NCBI GenBank assembly: GCA_965205655.1
Contig: CBDBIJ010000058.1
Span: 73,095-137,094 of the forward strand
Source: Candidatus Latescibacterota bacterium
Lineage (GTDB): Bacteria; Latescibacterota; UBA2968; UBA8231
DNA: 64,000 nt
Direction of reading: 5' to 3'
The notes beneath the pieces are model-generated. The model did not search any database. It was not told where the DNA came from and saw only the letters and a program-made list of their open reading frames with translations. A program made the position numbers and the translations under genes. Positions 32,876 through 43,381 of the stretch are shown piece by piece (positions within the stretch are counted from its first letter, which is position 1; each line of letters opens with the position of its first letter).

Positions 32876-35256
32876 ATGTCGGAAAATCGGGAACAAGGTC
32901 CAAGGGAGAGCGAGGTTTCGGTTGGGGAATGGCTCGAACAAATCGGGGCAACGGCCATCGAGTTTGTGGGCGACAAATGCGACGAAGGGCCGCCCGATTA
33001 TTTGATCGAGTACGACCGCGAAACGATCGCTGTCGAAGTCACTCGCCTTCTTCTCCGTGAAGGTAACCGTTCAGTCTCGTAGGAGTGCTCCGTAACGTGA
33101 GAAAAAGCTGTTCTCATTCAGCGATTGCTGGTATCTTCGGACAGTGGTTGTACGCTGACCTACCCGAGGAGCCCAGTGGAGAAACTTCCTGGCATTCCGG
33201 TTTCCGACGCCGATTGGCAGCAGACGCCGAAGGCGGTGCAGCTCCTCGTCATGTCGCTGTTGGAGGTTCAGCAGCGAGTGAAGCAGCTGGAACGCCAGGT
33301 GGCCGAGCTGCAGCGCGGCGGGCGCCGTCGTCATGGATCGCCGCCGTCCGACAAGCCGCCGCCATCCGGCCAGAGCGAAGAGGCGGGCGCCTCGACGTCG
33401 AGTCGCCGCAAGCGCCCGTCGGGCCGCTCGCCAGGGGCACAACCCGGGCACCAAGGGCATGGGCGAACGCTGCTGTCGGTGGAGCAGGTGGACACGTTGG
33501 TGCCGATCAAGCCCACCGCGTGCCGACAGTGCGGCCACGCCTTGAGCGGCGACGATCCCCATCCGCAGCGCCGCCAGGTGTTCGAGATCCCGCCGGTACG
33601 ACCTCAGGTCACCGAGTACCAGGTGCACACCCTGCGCTGTCCGGGCTGCGACGTGCTCACCGAAGCCGACTGGCCCGAGTCGGTGCCACGCAGCCGCTTT
33701 GGTCCGAGTGTGCAGGCCTGGATCGGTCTGTTGTCGGGCGCCTACCGGATGAGCAAGCGCAACATCGTCGCCCTGCTCGCCGACGCGTTCAGCCTCGATC
33801 TGGCCGTCGGCTCGGTCAGCCAGTTGGAACAGCATGTGTCCGAGGCGCTGGCGGCTCCGGTCGAAGACGCACGCGACTACGTGCGGCAACAAGCGGCGGT
33901 GCATATCGATGAGACCGGCTGGCGCGAAGCGCGCGAAAACGCCTGGCTGTGGACCGTGGCCACCGATCTGGTCACCGTATTTGCCATCCGTTCGCGCCGC
34001 GACAGCGAGGTGGCCCGTGAGCTCTTGGGAGACGACACCACCGCCATCGTGGGCTCCGATCGCCACAAGGCCTACGGCTACTTGCCCGTGTTGCAGCGCC
34101 AGGCCTGCTGGTCGCACCTGGAGCGCACTTTCGAGAAGTTCGTCGACCGAGGGGGCGACGCGGCCTGGGTCGGCCAGCAGCTGCTGGAGTTCACGCACCA
34201 GATGTTCTCCTGGTGGCATCGCGTTCGCGACGGCACGCTGGAGCGATCCAGCTTGCAGACCTACATCAGCGACCTGCGACTGCGGTTCCGTCTTAGGCTG
34301 TGGCAAGGCGAGCTGTTGGCCGACGAGAAGACCGCCAGGACCTGCGCCAACCTGGCCGCCATCGAACCGGCCTTGTGGACCTTCGTCCGTAAGGAAGGTG
34401 TTGAGCCCACGAACAACGCCGCCGAGCGAGCGCTGCGCCACGGGGTGTTGTGGCGCAAGGGCAGCTTCGGCACCCACAGTCCTGCGGGCAGCCGCTTCGT
34501 CGAGCGCATACTCACCGTGCGCGACACGCTGCGCCAACAGCAACGCAACGTACTCGACTACCTCACGGAGGCCTGTCAGGCTACTCTGCACCACCGGCAC
34601 GCTCCTTCGCTCTTGCCGCAGTCCGCGTCCACGCGCGCATAGATCCACAACACCACCAGATCCCGCCACAACACACCCGTCACGCAGGGACGTGAACGGT
34701 TACCCGTGAAGGATGGGGGAGAACAAAGGAGACTGCTTTCAAGAGGGAACTGGAGCGCTTAATTGAAGAATCTAAAACGGAGGGCGACAACACCCTGAGA
34801 TGGCACGTATGTTGCGAATACGACCCTACACAACCCGCGGCGTCGATCTCTCACCGTGACGACTGGAAGGAAAACGTCCGCAAGGCGCTACGAACAGCGG
34901 GACCTGAGGGAGGGACATTCCAGCTACTGCCTCCAGAAGCAATTCGGAGACGCGGAGTGAATTTGGAACTGTGGCCAGCAAGCAACGAGGGAAGCTTCGC
35001 GGAGGTCAGCGTAGATGAAGGTCTCATAGTCGTGGATACACTGGTTGGCCGGATCATTGATTGCTTGCGAGACAAAACTGCTGCGGTCGAAAAAGGCGAA
35101 AGGTCAAAACGCTACAATCGATGGTGGTTGGTGTTGGACGATGAGGTTCTCATAGCGCCTGTCGGGGTGTTGACCCCGGATGAGCAGGCGGAGATCAAGG
35201 CGCGGATCCAGCCGTTTCACGGGGTAACCGTCGTGTCGGTAAAACTGCTCGGGTAA
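32876..35256 (+). pseudogene. PD-(D/E)xK-like protein (243 aa when rejoined) split by IS66
   Basis: 32876-33062 joins in frame with 34712-35256; PPDY..(x)..AVEVTRL motif and late WWLVLDDE. Confidence 0.6.
33063..34703 (+). mobile_element. IS66-family single-ORF element (ISBst12-like), copy 1, 8-bp target duplication CCGTGAAG
   Basis: IRs GTAACCGTTCAG / GTGAACGGTTAC; duplication at 33055-33062 and 34704-34711; transposase 33176-34642 with GAQPGHQG, DETGW, SDR, CWSHL.R, TNNAAERALR. Confidence 0.95.
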
Positions 35257-35289
35257 GGGGTTGCGAGTATACGCGCTGCATCATCCATT

Positions 35290-35321
35290 GAGGCGAGGGT
35301 TTTAGGGCTCTCGCCTCTTTG
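35290..35321 (+). terminator. Probable intrinsic terminator
   Basis: GAGGCGAGGG...CTCTCGCCTC followed by TTTG, after the rejoined nuclease-like gene. Confidence 0.5.
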
Positions 35322-35472
35322 TGTGCCCTGCAGTTCCCATTGCTCTGGTGGCCCGGCTGTGTTTCACGACCTTACTCACGCTCGGACTGCAATGCGGTGA
35401 CAGAATCTAAGGTCGACTGATTGACATTCCTGCCGACAGAGGATACTCTCTTGTCTTCCTCCCCGAGTCTGC

Positions 35473-35988
35473 ATGCTTCATTCTCTCCCCGCAGAAGGGC
35501 TCCGACCCAAGATGACTGTGGCGTCCACCTCATCATCTGCGCTGTCCAACGGTAAAACCAACGCGCTGCAACCCGACGACCGACCTGCCCACGATTGGTA
35601 TCGGTTCGTCCTGTCTTTTCCTCCTCATCTCGTCAGCGAGTATGTCTTTCGATTCGAGCTGCCAGAAGAGGGCGTTGTGTTGGATCCTTTCTGTGGAACG
35701 GGCACAACCCTCGTTGAGTGCAAGAAACTTGGTATTCGCAGTGTAGGTGTCGAGGCTCATCCTTTGTCGCATTTCGCAAGTCAGGTCAAAGTCGATTGGA
35801 CTCCAGATCCTGATGATTTGCTTTCCCATTCTGATGAGGTCGCGGCGGCAACGCTTGAGAGACTTGGCTCGCAAGGGATCACCGACGAAGGCTTGCCTCT
35901 CTTTGGTGAGAACGACGCAGCTAATCACACAGGTCTCCGCGAGCTTCCGGAGCACCAAGCCAAGCTGCTCCTAAAAAAATTCAATTAA
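35473..35988 (+). pseudogene. N-terminal fragment of a DNA methyltransferase
   Basis: HDWYRFVLSFPP and SAM-binding motif VLDPFCGTGTT; no catalytic (D/S)PPY; ends after an A-run. Possible promoter TTGACA-17-TACTCT at 35421-35449. Confidence 0.75.
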
Positions 35989-36035
35989 TTCCGCTACCTC
36001 ATGCAGCCCGGACTGAGTGCGACTGTCTCCGGCAA

Positions 36036-36989
36036 TCATTGGGTTGCGCAGCGCGAATCGTCTTCTTTGCAAACCGGCACATACTCCCACTCCCATTCGC
36101 AAGGTGGAGATTCACCATGTGTGCATTCAGAGGTTGGATCTTCTATCTCCTTGCAAAATTTACTGAATCCATCTTCATTTTCATTTTCTGCCGAATGATA
36201 TTCCTCGTGTGTTGCATTGTGGCCGCAAACTGCCGTAAACGGGTCATTGTATACCGAAATTGTGGTCTGGCCAGCCGAATTCCCGTCCACGGTATAAAAG
36301 TTCCACTTTTTGCTGTGAAGAAATAGATCTCCGGGTTGATCTCCGGGGTATCTATCCCCGAAACAGTAGCAGTCTGTGGGACGAGGGTTTTGTGGTGGCG
36401 GCGACGGCGGAGGAGGAGGCGACGGCGGCCGCGGAGGTGGTGGTGGTGGGTCGGTCCCGCCATCAGACCCGTCGGTTGTCGTGCTGCCATCCCCAACCCC
36501 ATCGTCCGTCGTGACTCCGTCGTCACCCTTCCCGTCACCGGTCGAGCCTGCGTCGTCGGTCTGTCCGTCGTCACGAGGCCCTCTGCCATCGTCGTCGCCC
36601 TTGCCGTCATCCGTGGTGACTCCGTCGTCACCCTTCCCGTCACCGGTCGAGCCTGCGTCGTCGGTCTGTCCGTCGTCACGAGGCCCTCTGCCATCGTCGT
36701 CGCCCTTGCCGTCATCCGTGGTGACTCCGTCGTCGACCGTCCCGTCATCCGTGGTGACTCCGTCATCGGCCCCGGTTCCGTCGGGTTCCGGGGGTTCTCG
36801 GCGCTCCCCGAAGTGGTCGGCGAAGATGAAAAAATCGTCGAAGTCGACCAGCCCGTCCCCATCCAGGTCGTACTTCGGGGCCACGGTTCCGAAGTGTGTC
36901 TTAAAGAGCCAGTAGTCCTCCCATCCGACCACCCAGTCCCCGTTGAAATCGGGAAATACCGACACTCCTGCCGCAAGCAAGAGCCACAT
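36036..36989 (-). CDS. Secreted protein: dockerin/EF-hand-like domain, Asp/Gly/Thr repeats, poly-Pro linker, Cys-rich tip
   Basis: RBS AAGGAG, short signal peptide, DFNGDWVVGWED and DLDGDGLVDFDDFFIFADHFG Ca-loop motifs, 35-aa repeats, PPPPPPRPPSPPPPP, 8 Cys in the last ~110 aa. Confidence 0.8.
   Translation of the reverse strand: MWLLLAAGVSVFPDFNGDWVVGWEDYWLFKTHFGTVAPKYDLDGDGLVDFDDFFIFADHFGERREPPEPDGTGADDGVTTDDGTVDDGVTTDDGKGDDDGRGPRDDGQTDDAGSTGDGKGDDGVTTDDGKGDDDGRGPRDDGQTDDAGSTGDGKGDDGVTTDDGVGDGSTTTDGSDGGTDPPPPPPRPPSPPPPPSPPPQNPRPTDCYCFGDRYPGDQPGDLFLHSKKWNFYTVDGNSAGQTTISVYNDPFTAVCGHNATHEEYHSAENENEDGFSKFCKEIEDPTSECTHGESPPCEWEWEYVPVCKEDDSRCATQ
36511..36734. repeat. Intragenic tandem repeat, 105-bp unit, two full copies plus partial
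   Basis: GTGACTCCGTCGTC recurs at 36511, 36616, 36721; encodes DDGVTTDDGKGDDDGRGPRDDGQTDDAGSTGDGKG. Confidence 0.92.
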
Positions 36990-37009
36990 GTTCAACTCCT
37001 TCTTCCCCC

Positions 37010-37069
37010 GTAACCGTTCCCCTTCCCGGCCGATGGGACCGGAAGAGGGACGCAGGGAGTTGCGGTTAC
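37010..37069. repeat. 60-bp hairpin with IS66-like ends (MITE candidate)
   Basis: GTAACCGTTC...CGCAGGGAGTTGCGGTTAC resembles the nearby IS66 termini GTAACCGTTC and CGCAGGGACGTGAACGGTTAC. Confidence 0.45.
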
Positions 37070-37239
37070 GGCGGTAGTTCGAGGTTGTACTTAATGGACT
37101 GCCGAAGGCTGCCGGGGGGAGAACCGCATGGCTTGCCAGCCTTCTCGGTGAAACCAGGGAGAGTACCGCGGGGAAAATACGGCACTAAAACATTATCTAC
37201 AAATACAGATACGACCAAAATCCCGCCCTTGAGTTTTCT

Positions 37240-40200
37240 GTAACCGTTCACGTCCCTGCGTGACGGGTGTGTTGTGGCGGGATCTGGTGGTGTTGTGGAT
37301 CTATGCGCGCGTGGACGCGGACTGCGGCAAGAGCGAAGGAGCGTGCCGGTGGTGCAGAGTAGCCTGACAGGCCTCCGTGAGGTAGTCGAGTACGTTGCGT
37401 TGCTGTTGGCGCAGCGTGTCGCGCACGGTGAGTATGCGCTCGACGAAGCGGCTGCCCGCAGGACTGTGGGTGCCGAAGCTGCCCTTGCGCCACAACACCC
37501 CGTGGCGCAGCGCTCGCTCGGCGGCGTTGTTCGTGGGCTCAACACCTTCCTTACGGACGAAGGTCCACAAGGCCGGTTCGATGGCGGCCAGGTTGGCGCA
37601 GGTCCTGGCGGTCTTCTGGTCGGCCAACAGCTCGCCTTGCCACAGCCTAAGACGGAACCGCAGTCGCAGGTCGCTGATGTAGGTCTGCAAGCTGGATCGC
37701 TCCAGCGTGCCGTCGCGAACGCGATGCCACCAGGAGAACATCTGGTGCGTGAACTCCAGCAGCTGCTGGCCGACCCAGGCCGCGTCGCCGCCTCGGTCGA
37801 CGAACTTCTCGAAAGTGCGCTCCAGGTGCGACCAGCAGGCCTGGCGCTGCAACACGGGCAAGTAGCCGTAGGCCTTGTGGCGATCGGAGCCCACGATGGC
37901 GGTGGTGTCGTCTCCCAAGAGCTCACGGGCCACCTCGCTGTCGCGGCGCGAACGGATGGCAAATACGGTGACCAGATCGGTGGCCACGGTCCACAGCCAG
38001 GCGTTTTCGCGCGCTTCGCGCCAGCCGGTCTCATCGATATGCACCGCCGCTTGTTGCCGCACGTAGTCGCGTGCGTCTTCGACCGGAGCCGCCAGCGCCT
38101 CGGACACATGCTGTTCCAACTGGCTGACCGAGCCGACGGCCAGATCGAGGCTGAACGCGTCGGCGAGCAGGGCGACGATGTTGCGCTTGCTCATCCGGTA
38201 GGCGCCCGACAACAGACCGATCCAGGCCTGCACACTCGGACCAAAGCGGCTGCGTGGCACCGACTCGGGCCAGTCGGCTTCGGTGAGCACGTCGCAGCCC
38301 GGACAGCGCAGGGTGTGCACCTGGTACTCGGTGACCTGAGGTCGTACCGGCGGGATCTCGAACACCTGGCGGCGCTGCGGATGGGGATCGTCGCCGCTCA
38401 AGGCGTGGCCGCACTGTCGGCACGCGGTGGGCTTGACCGGCACCAACGTGTCCACCTGCTCCACCGACAGCAGCGTTCGCCCATGCCCTTGGTGCCCGGG
38501 TTGTGCCCCTGGCGAGCGGCCCGACGGGCGCTTGCGGCGACTCGACGTCGAGGCGCCCGCCTCTTCGCTCTGGCCGGATGGCGGCGGCTTGTCGGACGGC
38601 GGCGATCCATGACGACGGCGCCCGCCGCGCTGCAGCTCGGCCACCTGGCGTTCCAGCTGCTTCACTCGCTGCTGAACCTCCAACAGCGACATGACGAGGA
38701 GCTGCACCGCCTTCGGCGTCTGCTGCCAATCGGCGTCGGAAACCGGAATGCCAGGAAGTTTCTCCACTGGGCTCCTCGGGTAGGTCAGCGTACAACCACT
38801 GTCCGAAGGTAAGCGTTCAGATCCCTGCGTGGTACGGGTAACAGAGAGCGGAAACCGGTGGGATTACCGCGAGACCGCGTTGTCTTGGGGCAGGAGCGAA
38901 GGTGCTGGCTGGTGGCAGAGGACGGCTTGACAAGCCGAGGTGAGATAGCCGAGAACGTCGCGCTCCTGTCGGCGCAGTGTGTCACGCACGGTGAGCATGC
39001 GCTCGACGAAGCGACTCCCTTCGGGGCTATGGGTGCCGAAGCTGGTGAGGCGCCACAGGACCCCATGCCTGAGACCGCGCTCAGCGGCATTGTTCGTGGG
39101 CTCGACGTCGCCGCCCTTGCGCGCGAAGGTCCACAGGGCCGACTCAATGGCGAGCAGATTGTCGCAGGTTGCGGCCGTCTTGGCGTCGGCGAACTGCTGC
39201 CCATACCAGAGTTCGAAACGAACCCGGAAGCGCAGATGGCGACTGACGTAAGCCTGGAAGCTCGACAGTTGCAGGGTGCCATCGCGGATTCGATGCCACC
39301 AGGTGAACAGCTTCTCCGCATACTGCAGCAGTGTCTCACCGACACGGGCCGCCTCGCCGCCGCGCGCCACGAAGTCCTCAAACGTGCGCCGCAGATGAGC
39401 CCAACAAACTTGGCGGCGAGACACCGGCAGATGGCCGTAGGCCGAGAAGCGATCGGAGCCAACGATCGCCGTGCTGTTGTCGCCCAGCAGCTCATCGACG
39501 ACCTCCCGACCACGGCACCGGCGAATGGCGAATACCGAGACCCCGGCTGTGATCACCACCCACAGCCAAGCCCGGACGCGGCGCTCCCGCCAGCCGGTCT
39601 CGTCGAGGTTGACCGTCGGCTGCTGGCGAACGTAAGCCCGCGCGGCGTCGACAGGCTCGGCGATCCCCGCCGACACCTCTTGTTCCAGCTGGCTGACCGT
39701 GCCCGGGGACAGGTGCACGCCGAAGGCGTCGGACAAGAGCGCGACGATGTTGCGCTTGCTCAAGCGGTAGGCGCCCGACAGCAAGCCGACCCAGGCCTGC
39801 ACACTGGGCCCGAAGGTGCGGCGCGACACCCCCTCCGGCCAGGGCGCTTCGGTCAGGATGTCGCAGTGCCGGCATCGCAGGGTGTGGAACTGATACTCGA
39901 TGACCTGGGCTCGCACCGGAGGTATCACGACCTCCTGGTGACGCAGCGGATGAGGATCGTTGCCAGACAACGCCTGACCGCATCGGTGGCAGGTGCTCGG
40001 CTTGATCGGCACCAACTCGTCCACCTGCTCCACCGGTACCAACGAGCGACCGTGGCCTTCGTGACCCGGCTGCCCGCCCGGCGAGCGACCCGAAGATCGC
40101 CGTTTGCCGGTGCGACGCGAGGCTTGAGAGGCCGACTCCGACGACGACGCCTGGGCGCTGCGACTGCCCCGTCCTTTTCGGCGCGCCAACTCCGTTTCCA

Positions 40201-40554
40201 GCGACGCGATCCTCGCGGCCTGTTGCTCCACCACCTGCTCGAGGTGCGCGCCGCGCTCCATGGCTTGCAGCAAGTTGACCACCAGCGCCTGCACCGCCGG
40301 CGGCGTGTGTCGCCAGTCGCTGTCCGAGATCGATGGAGGGGTTTCCTTCACGGCGTCGCCAGTACCCGTAGAAACGTGCGGACCAAACAACCGATCCCAA
40401 GATACCAGCGAACGCCCAAACAGAACAGTTCTTTCTCAAACCGCTGCTCCCAGCATGCGGGACTGAACGCTTACGTCCGAAGATACCAGCAATCGCTGAA
40501 TGAGAACAGCTTTTTCTCACGTTACGGAGCACTCCTACGGGACTGAACGGTTAC
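37240..40554 (-). mobile_element. IS66-family element copy 2 (near-identical to 33063-34703) carrying a nested IS66
   Basis: Same IRs at 37240 and 40554; transposase 38767-37301 intact with few substitutions (PIKP>PVKP, ADEK>ADQK); flanks AGTTTTCT / CTTTCATT show no duplication. Confidence 0.93.
38809..40474 (-). mobile_element. Second IS66-family element nested in the leader of copy 2, 8-bp duplication GTCCGAAG
   Basis: IRs GTAAGCGTTCAG / CTGAACGCTTAC; duplication at 38801-38808 and 40475-40482; transposase about 40351-38864 with DETGW, CWAHLRR, TNNAAERGLR. Confidence 0.95.
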
Positions 40555-41898
40555 CTTTCATTTCACCGTCGATGAATGGCACCCCCTCGATGACCTGGGT
40601 GATGAGCTTGTAGCCCCTGAGTCGGCGCCAGTGTTTCTCCGCATCGGTGGCCAGTTTGAATACCATGGTGAGAGCGGCTATACGTGAGCCGCACCCCTTC
40701 GTCTGGTGGGTTCGATGACGGACCGTGCTGAAGGTTGATTCGATGGGGTTGGTCGTGCGCAAATGCGCCCAGTGGTCGGCAGGGAAGTCGTAGAAAGTGA
40801 AGAGCACATCCTCGTCTTTTCGCAGGCATTCACAAGCCTTGGGGTACTTGGCTTCGTAGAGGTCCAGAAAGCGCTGGTAGACTGCGAGGGCTTCCTTCTT
40901 GGTGGGCGATAGGTACATGTCGTGAAATCATCTGCTTGGCGTCCGGTTGCTGACCCTTTGGCAGCTTGTCCAACACATTGGCCGTCTTGTGCACCCAGCA
41001 CTGCTGCTCCCGAGTGCGGGGATACGCTTCCCGCAGCGCCTTCCAGAAACCCAAGGCGCGATCTCCGACAGCGATGCAAGGACCCTCCGTCAGACCCCGG
41101 GCTTTGAGATCCTCAAGCAGGTGGGGCCACGACAGGGAGCTCTCTCGTTCGCCGTCCACCACGGCCAGCAGCTCCTTGCGTCCATCATGGGTGGCACCGA
41201 CCACGACCAGGACGCAAGGCCGGTCGGGTTGAAGACGCACGTTGAAGTAGATGCCGTCCACCCACACGTAGGCGTAGCGCTTGCCGCTCAGATCCCGCTG
41301 CCGCCAGGTGGCATACTCCTTTTCCCAGACCTGCTTGAGCCGCACGATGTTGGCCGGTGAAAGACCGGACACCTGGTCCCCCGGAATGGCCTTGAGCGCC
41401 TCTGGAAAGCTCGAGGTTGAAATGCCTTTGAGATACAGCGCTGGCACCAAGACGTCGATGCTGGGAGCTCGCCGGGCATACCGGGGTGGAATAGCGCTGG
41501 TGAACCCCGCTCCCTCTCGCCGGTCGTCTACCCGTGGCTGCCGCACCGGTACTTTGCCCACTCCGGTGACCAGTTGGCGTGGCGGATGGAAGCCGTTACG
41601 CACCACCAGACGACGGCCGCGCGCGTCGCGCTCCCCTTGGTGCCGTTCGGTGTATTCAGCCACTTCCGTCTGCAGGGCCACCTCCAGCATCTGTCGAGCC
41701 CCTTCCCGGAGGAGTTTCTCCAGGTCAGACCGCAACTCGTTCCGGGCTATGCCCTCCACCTCAACTGCCGTATATTCTCGCATGAGCGTATCCTTTCTCC
41801 CTCCTTGCCGAGGGAGCTGTAGGTTGTTGTGGACTTATAAGGATACGCTCTCTTTTTTATCCTTCCACTACCCCATCCACGACTTTCGAATATACCTC
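40555..41898 (-). mobile_element. IS256-family element, frameshifted, right end removed by IS66
   Basis: VRNGF, LYLKGIST, VWVDG, QQCWVHK, HLRTTNPIESTF; frameshift near 40920; left end GAGGTATATTCGAAAGTCG at 41898. Confidence 0.88.
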
Positions 41899-41924
41899 GT
41901 CAAGCGAAGGACGGTGACTTTTAA

Positions 41925-43190
41925 ATGGATAGAGTGAATTGCCCGATTCCGTTAGCTGAAACCCATATCGAAATCATTGGCGATAACCGAAACTTGGAAC
42001 AGGTGCCAGCGAAGGTTGTGCTGAATCTATCGCCGGTACCGAGAGTGATCATTGACTTAACGCCTCATCTTGTATCGCTTGTGTATTTGAAGATACCGCA
42101 CACCGTCGGTAGCCTACTAAAGATACGCACACCTTCGGGTGCAGAAATAGAGGTGTCAATCACTAAGTGGTCTATTAACGGTCGCTATTGGGTACGCTTG
42201 GTTCCCACTCAAGAGCTAGTCACAGCTATCCGAACTAACGATAAGCTTCAGTCTGTAAAGTTCAACGTCATGAATTTTCCTGAATTCAATTGCAAGTTGA
42301 GTCCAGGTGACCAAACGTGTACGGTGCGGCTACAAACCTCGACATGGCGTATTGAAATTAAGGCAGTTCCTGAGACTTCCAAAGCGAAGAGGAGACTGGA
42401 TAAAGAAAGCGGATACGGGATCACCCATGAGGGCACCATTCGACGGTCAGGTGGCAAATTGTTTTCCGTGGAGGAAGTTCAAGAGCTCCTATACGGACTG
42501 CATTTATTTTTGTCATTTGCTCGAGGCGCGTCTTGCGGAGTGACACTTATATCTGGAAATGATAGGAACGGCGAGAAAGTTTGGGAACAATGGGGCGTCT
42601 ATCCAACATACTCCTGGTTTTCCGTGGCTTCGTGGTTAGATCCCATGAACGGCGAGGCGCTCTCGAAGGTATTTCCAGGATTTTGGAAGCGATTTGCAAA
42701 ACAACCGACTGATGACACCGTCCGCGTGGCACTCTATTGGTATCTGTGTAGCAACGAGAGCAATGCCCTTGAGGCTGGTATTATCCACACGCAGGCGGCT
42801 CTTGAACGTTTGACTCATGAAATTGTAGGCGAGAAAAAAGAAGACCAAACCGGCGTGTGGATTGGAAAGGCACTTAAAGCGGCAAGAATCGAGCCGAAGA
42901 TACCTCAAGGCTGCAAAGCATTAGAGGCGTGTCGCGAGAGAGAGGGCTTCCACGACGTGTCACATACGCTGACAGCAATTCGTAATCACCTCATGCATCC
43001 GAAGAAGAGAAGCGGTATTTGCGTGGATGATTACTCCGAAGCATGGGATGTGGGCCAACGATACGTTGAGCTTCTATTGCTGAAGCTATTCGAGTTTGAT
43101 GGACCATGTATGAATCGACTAGGGAAATATGAAGGTAAGTTCGAATCAGAAGTTGTCCCTTGGGCACAGGATGTCGAAGACACGAAATGA
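41925..43190 (+). CDS. Hypothetical protein with C-terminal HEPN motif (ApeA-like architecture)
   Basis: Beta-rich N-terminus, HLFLSFARG, QAALERL and RNHLMH (R-x4-H); AT-richer than the core; intact 421 aa. Confidence 0.65.
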   Translation: MDRVNCPIPLAETHIEIIGDNRNLEQVPAKVVLNLSPVPRVIIDLTPHLVSLVYLKIPHTVGSLLKIRTPSGAEIEVSITKWSINGRYWVRLVPTQELVTAIRTNDKLQSVKFNVMNFPEFNCKLSPGDQTCTVRLQTSTWRIEIKAVPETSKAKRRLDKESGYGITHEGTIRRSGGKLFSVEEVQELLYGLHLFLSFARGASCGVTLISGNDRNGEKVWEQWGVYPTYSWFSVASWLDPMNGEALSKVFPGFWKRFAKQPTDDTVRVALYWYLCSNESNALEAGIIHTQAALERLTHEIVGEKKEDQTGVWIGKALKAARIEPKIPQGCKALEACREREGFHDVSHTLTAIRNHLMHPKKRSGICVDDYSEAWDVGQRYVELLLLKLFEFDGPCMNRLGKYEGKFESEVVPWAQDVEDTK

Positions 43191-43381
43191 GCTATCGAGT
43201 CACGGAATCCACCGGCGCGAAAACCGCCTTCGCCTTACTGGAGAGCCTTAACCGGACTCCGACTACTGGTGGGATAGCCTAGAATAGAAATCTCCAAGGG
43301 GCGGCTGACCCACGACCCAAGAAATCCCTTGAATGCCCCAGGGCATGACTGCGGCAAGGACAAGCCATGGAAAAATCGACA

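Noticed and set aside
36511..36734. CRISPR array or diversity-generating retroelement repeat
   Set aside because: Contiguous in-frame coding repeats without spacers or adenine-specific differences; no reverse transcriptase in the window
33071..40546. Long antisense ORFs (532, 512, 562 aa) opposite IS66 transposases
   Set aside because: Antisense shadows with no motifs of their own
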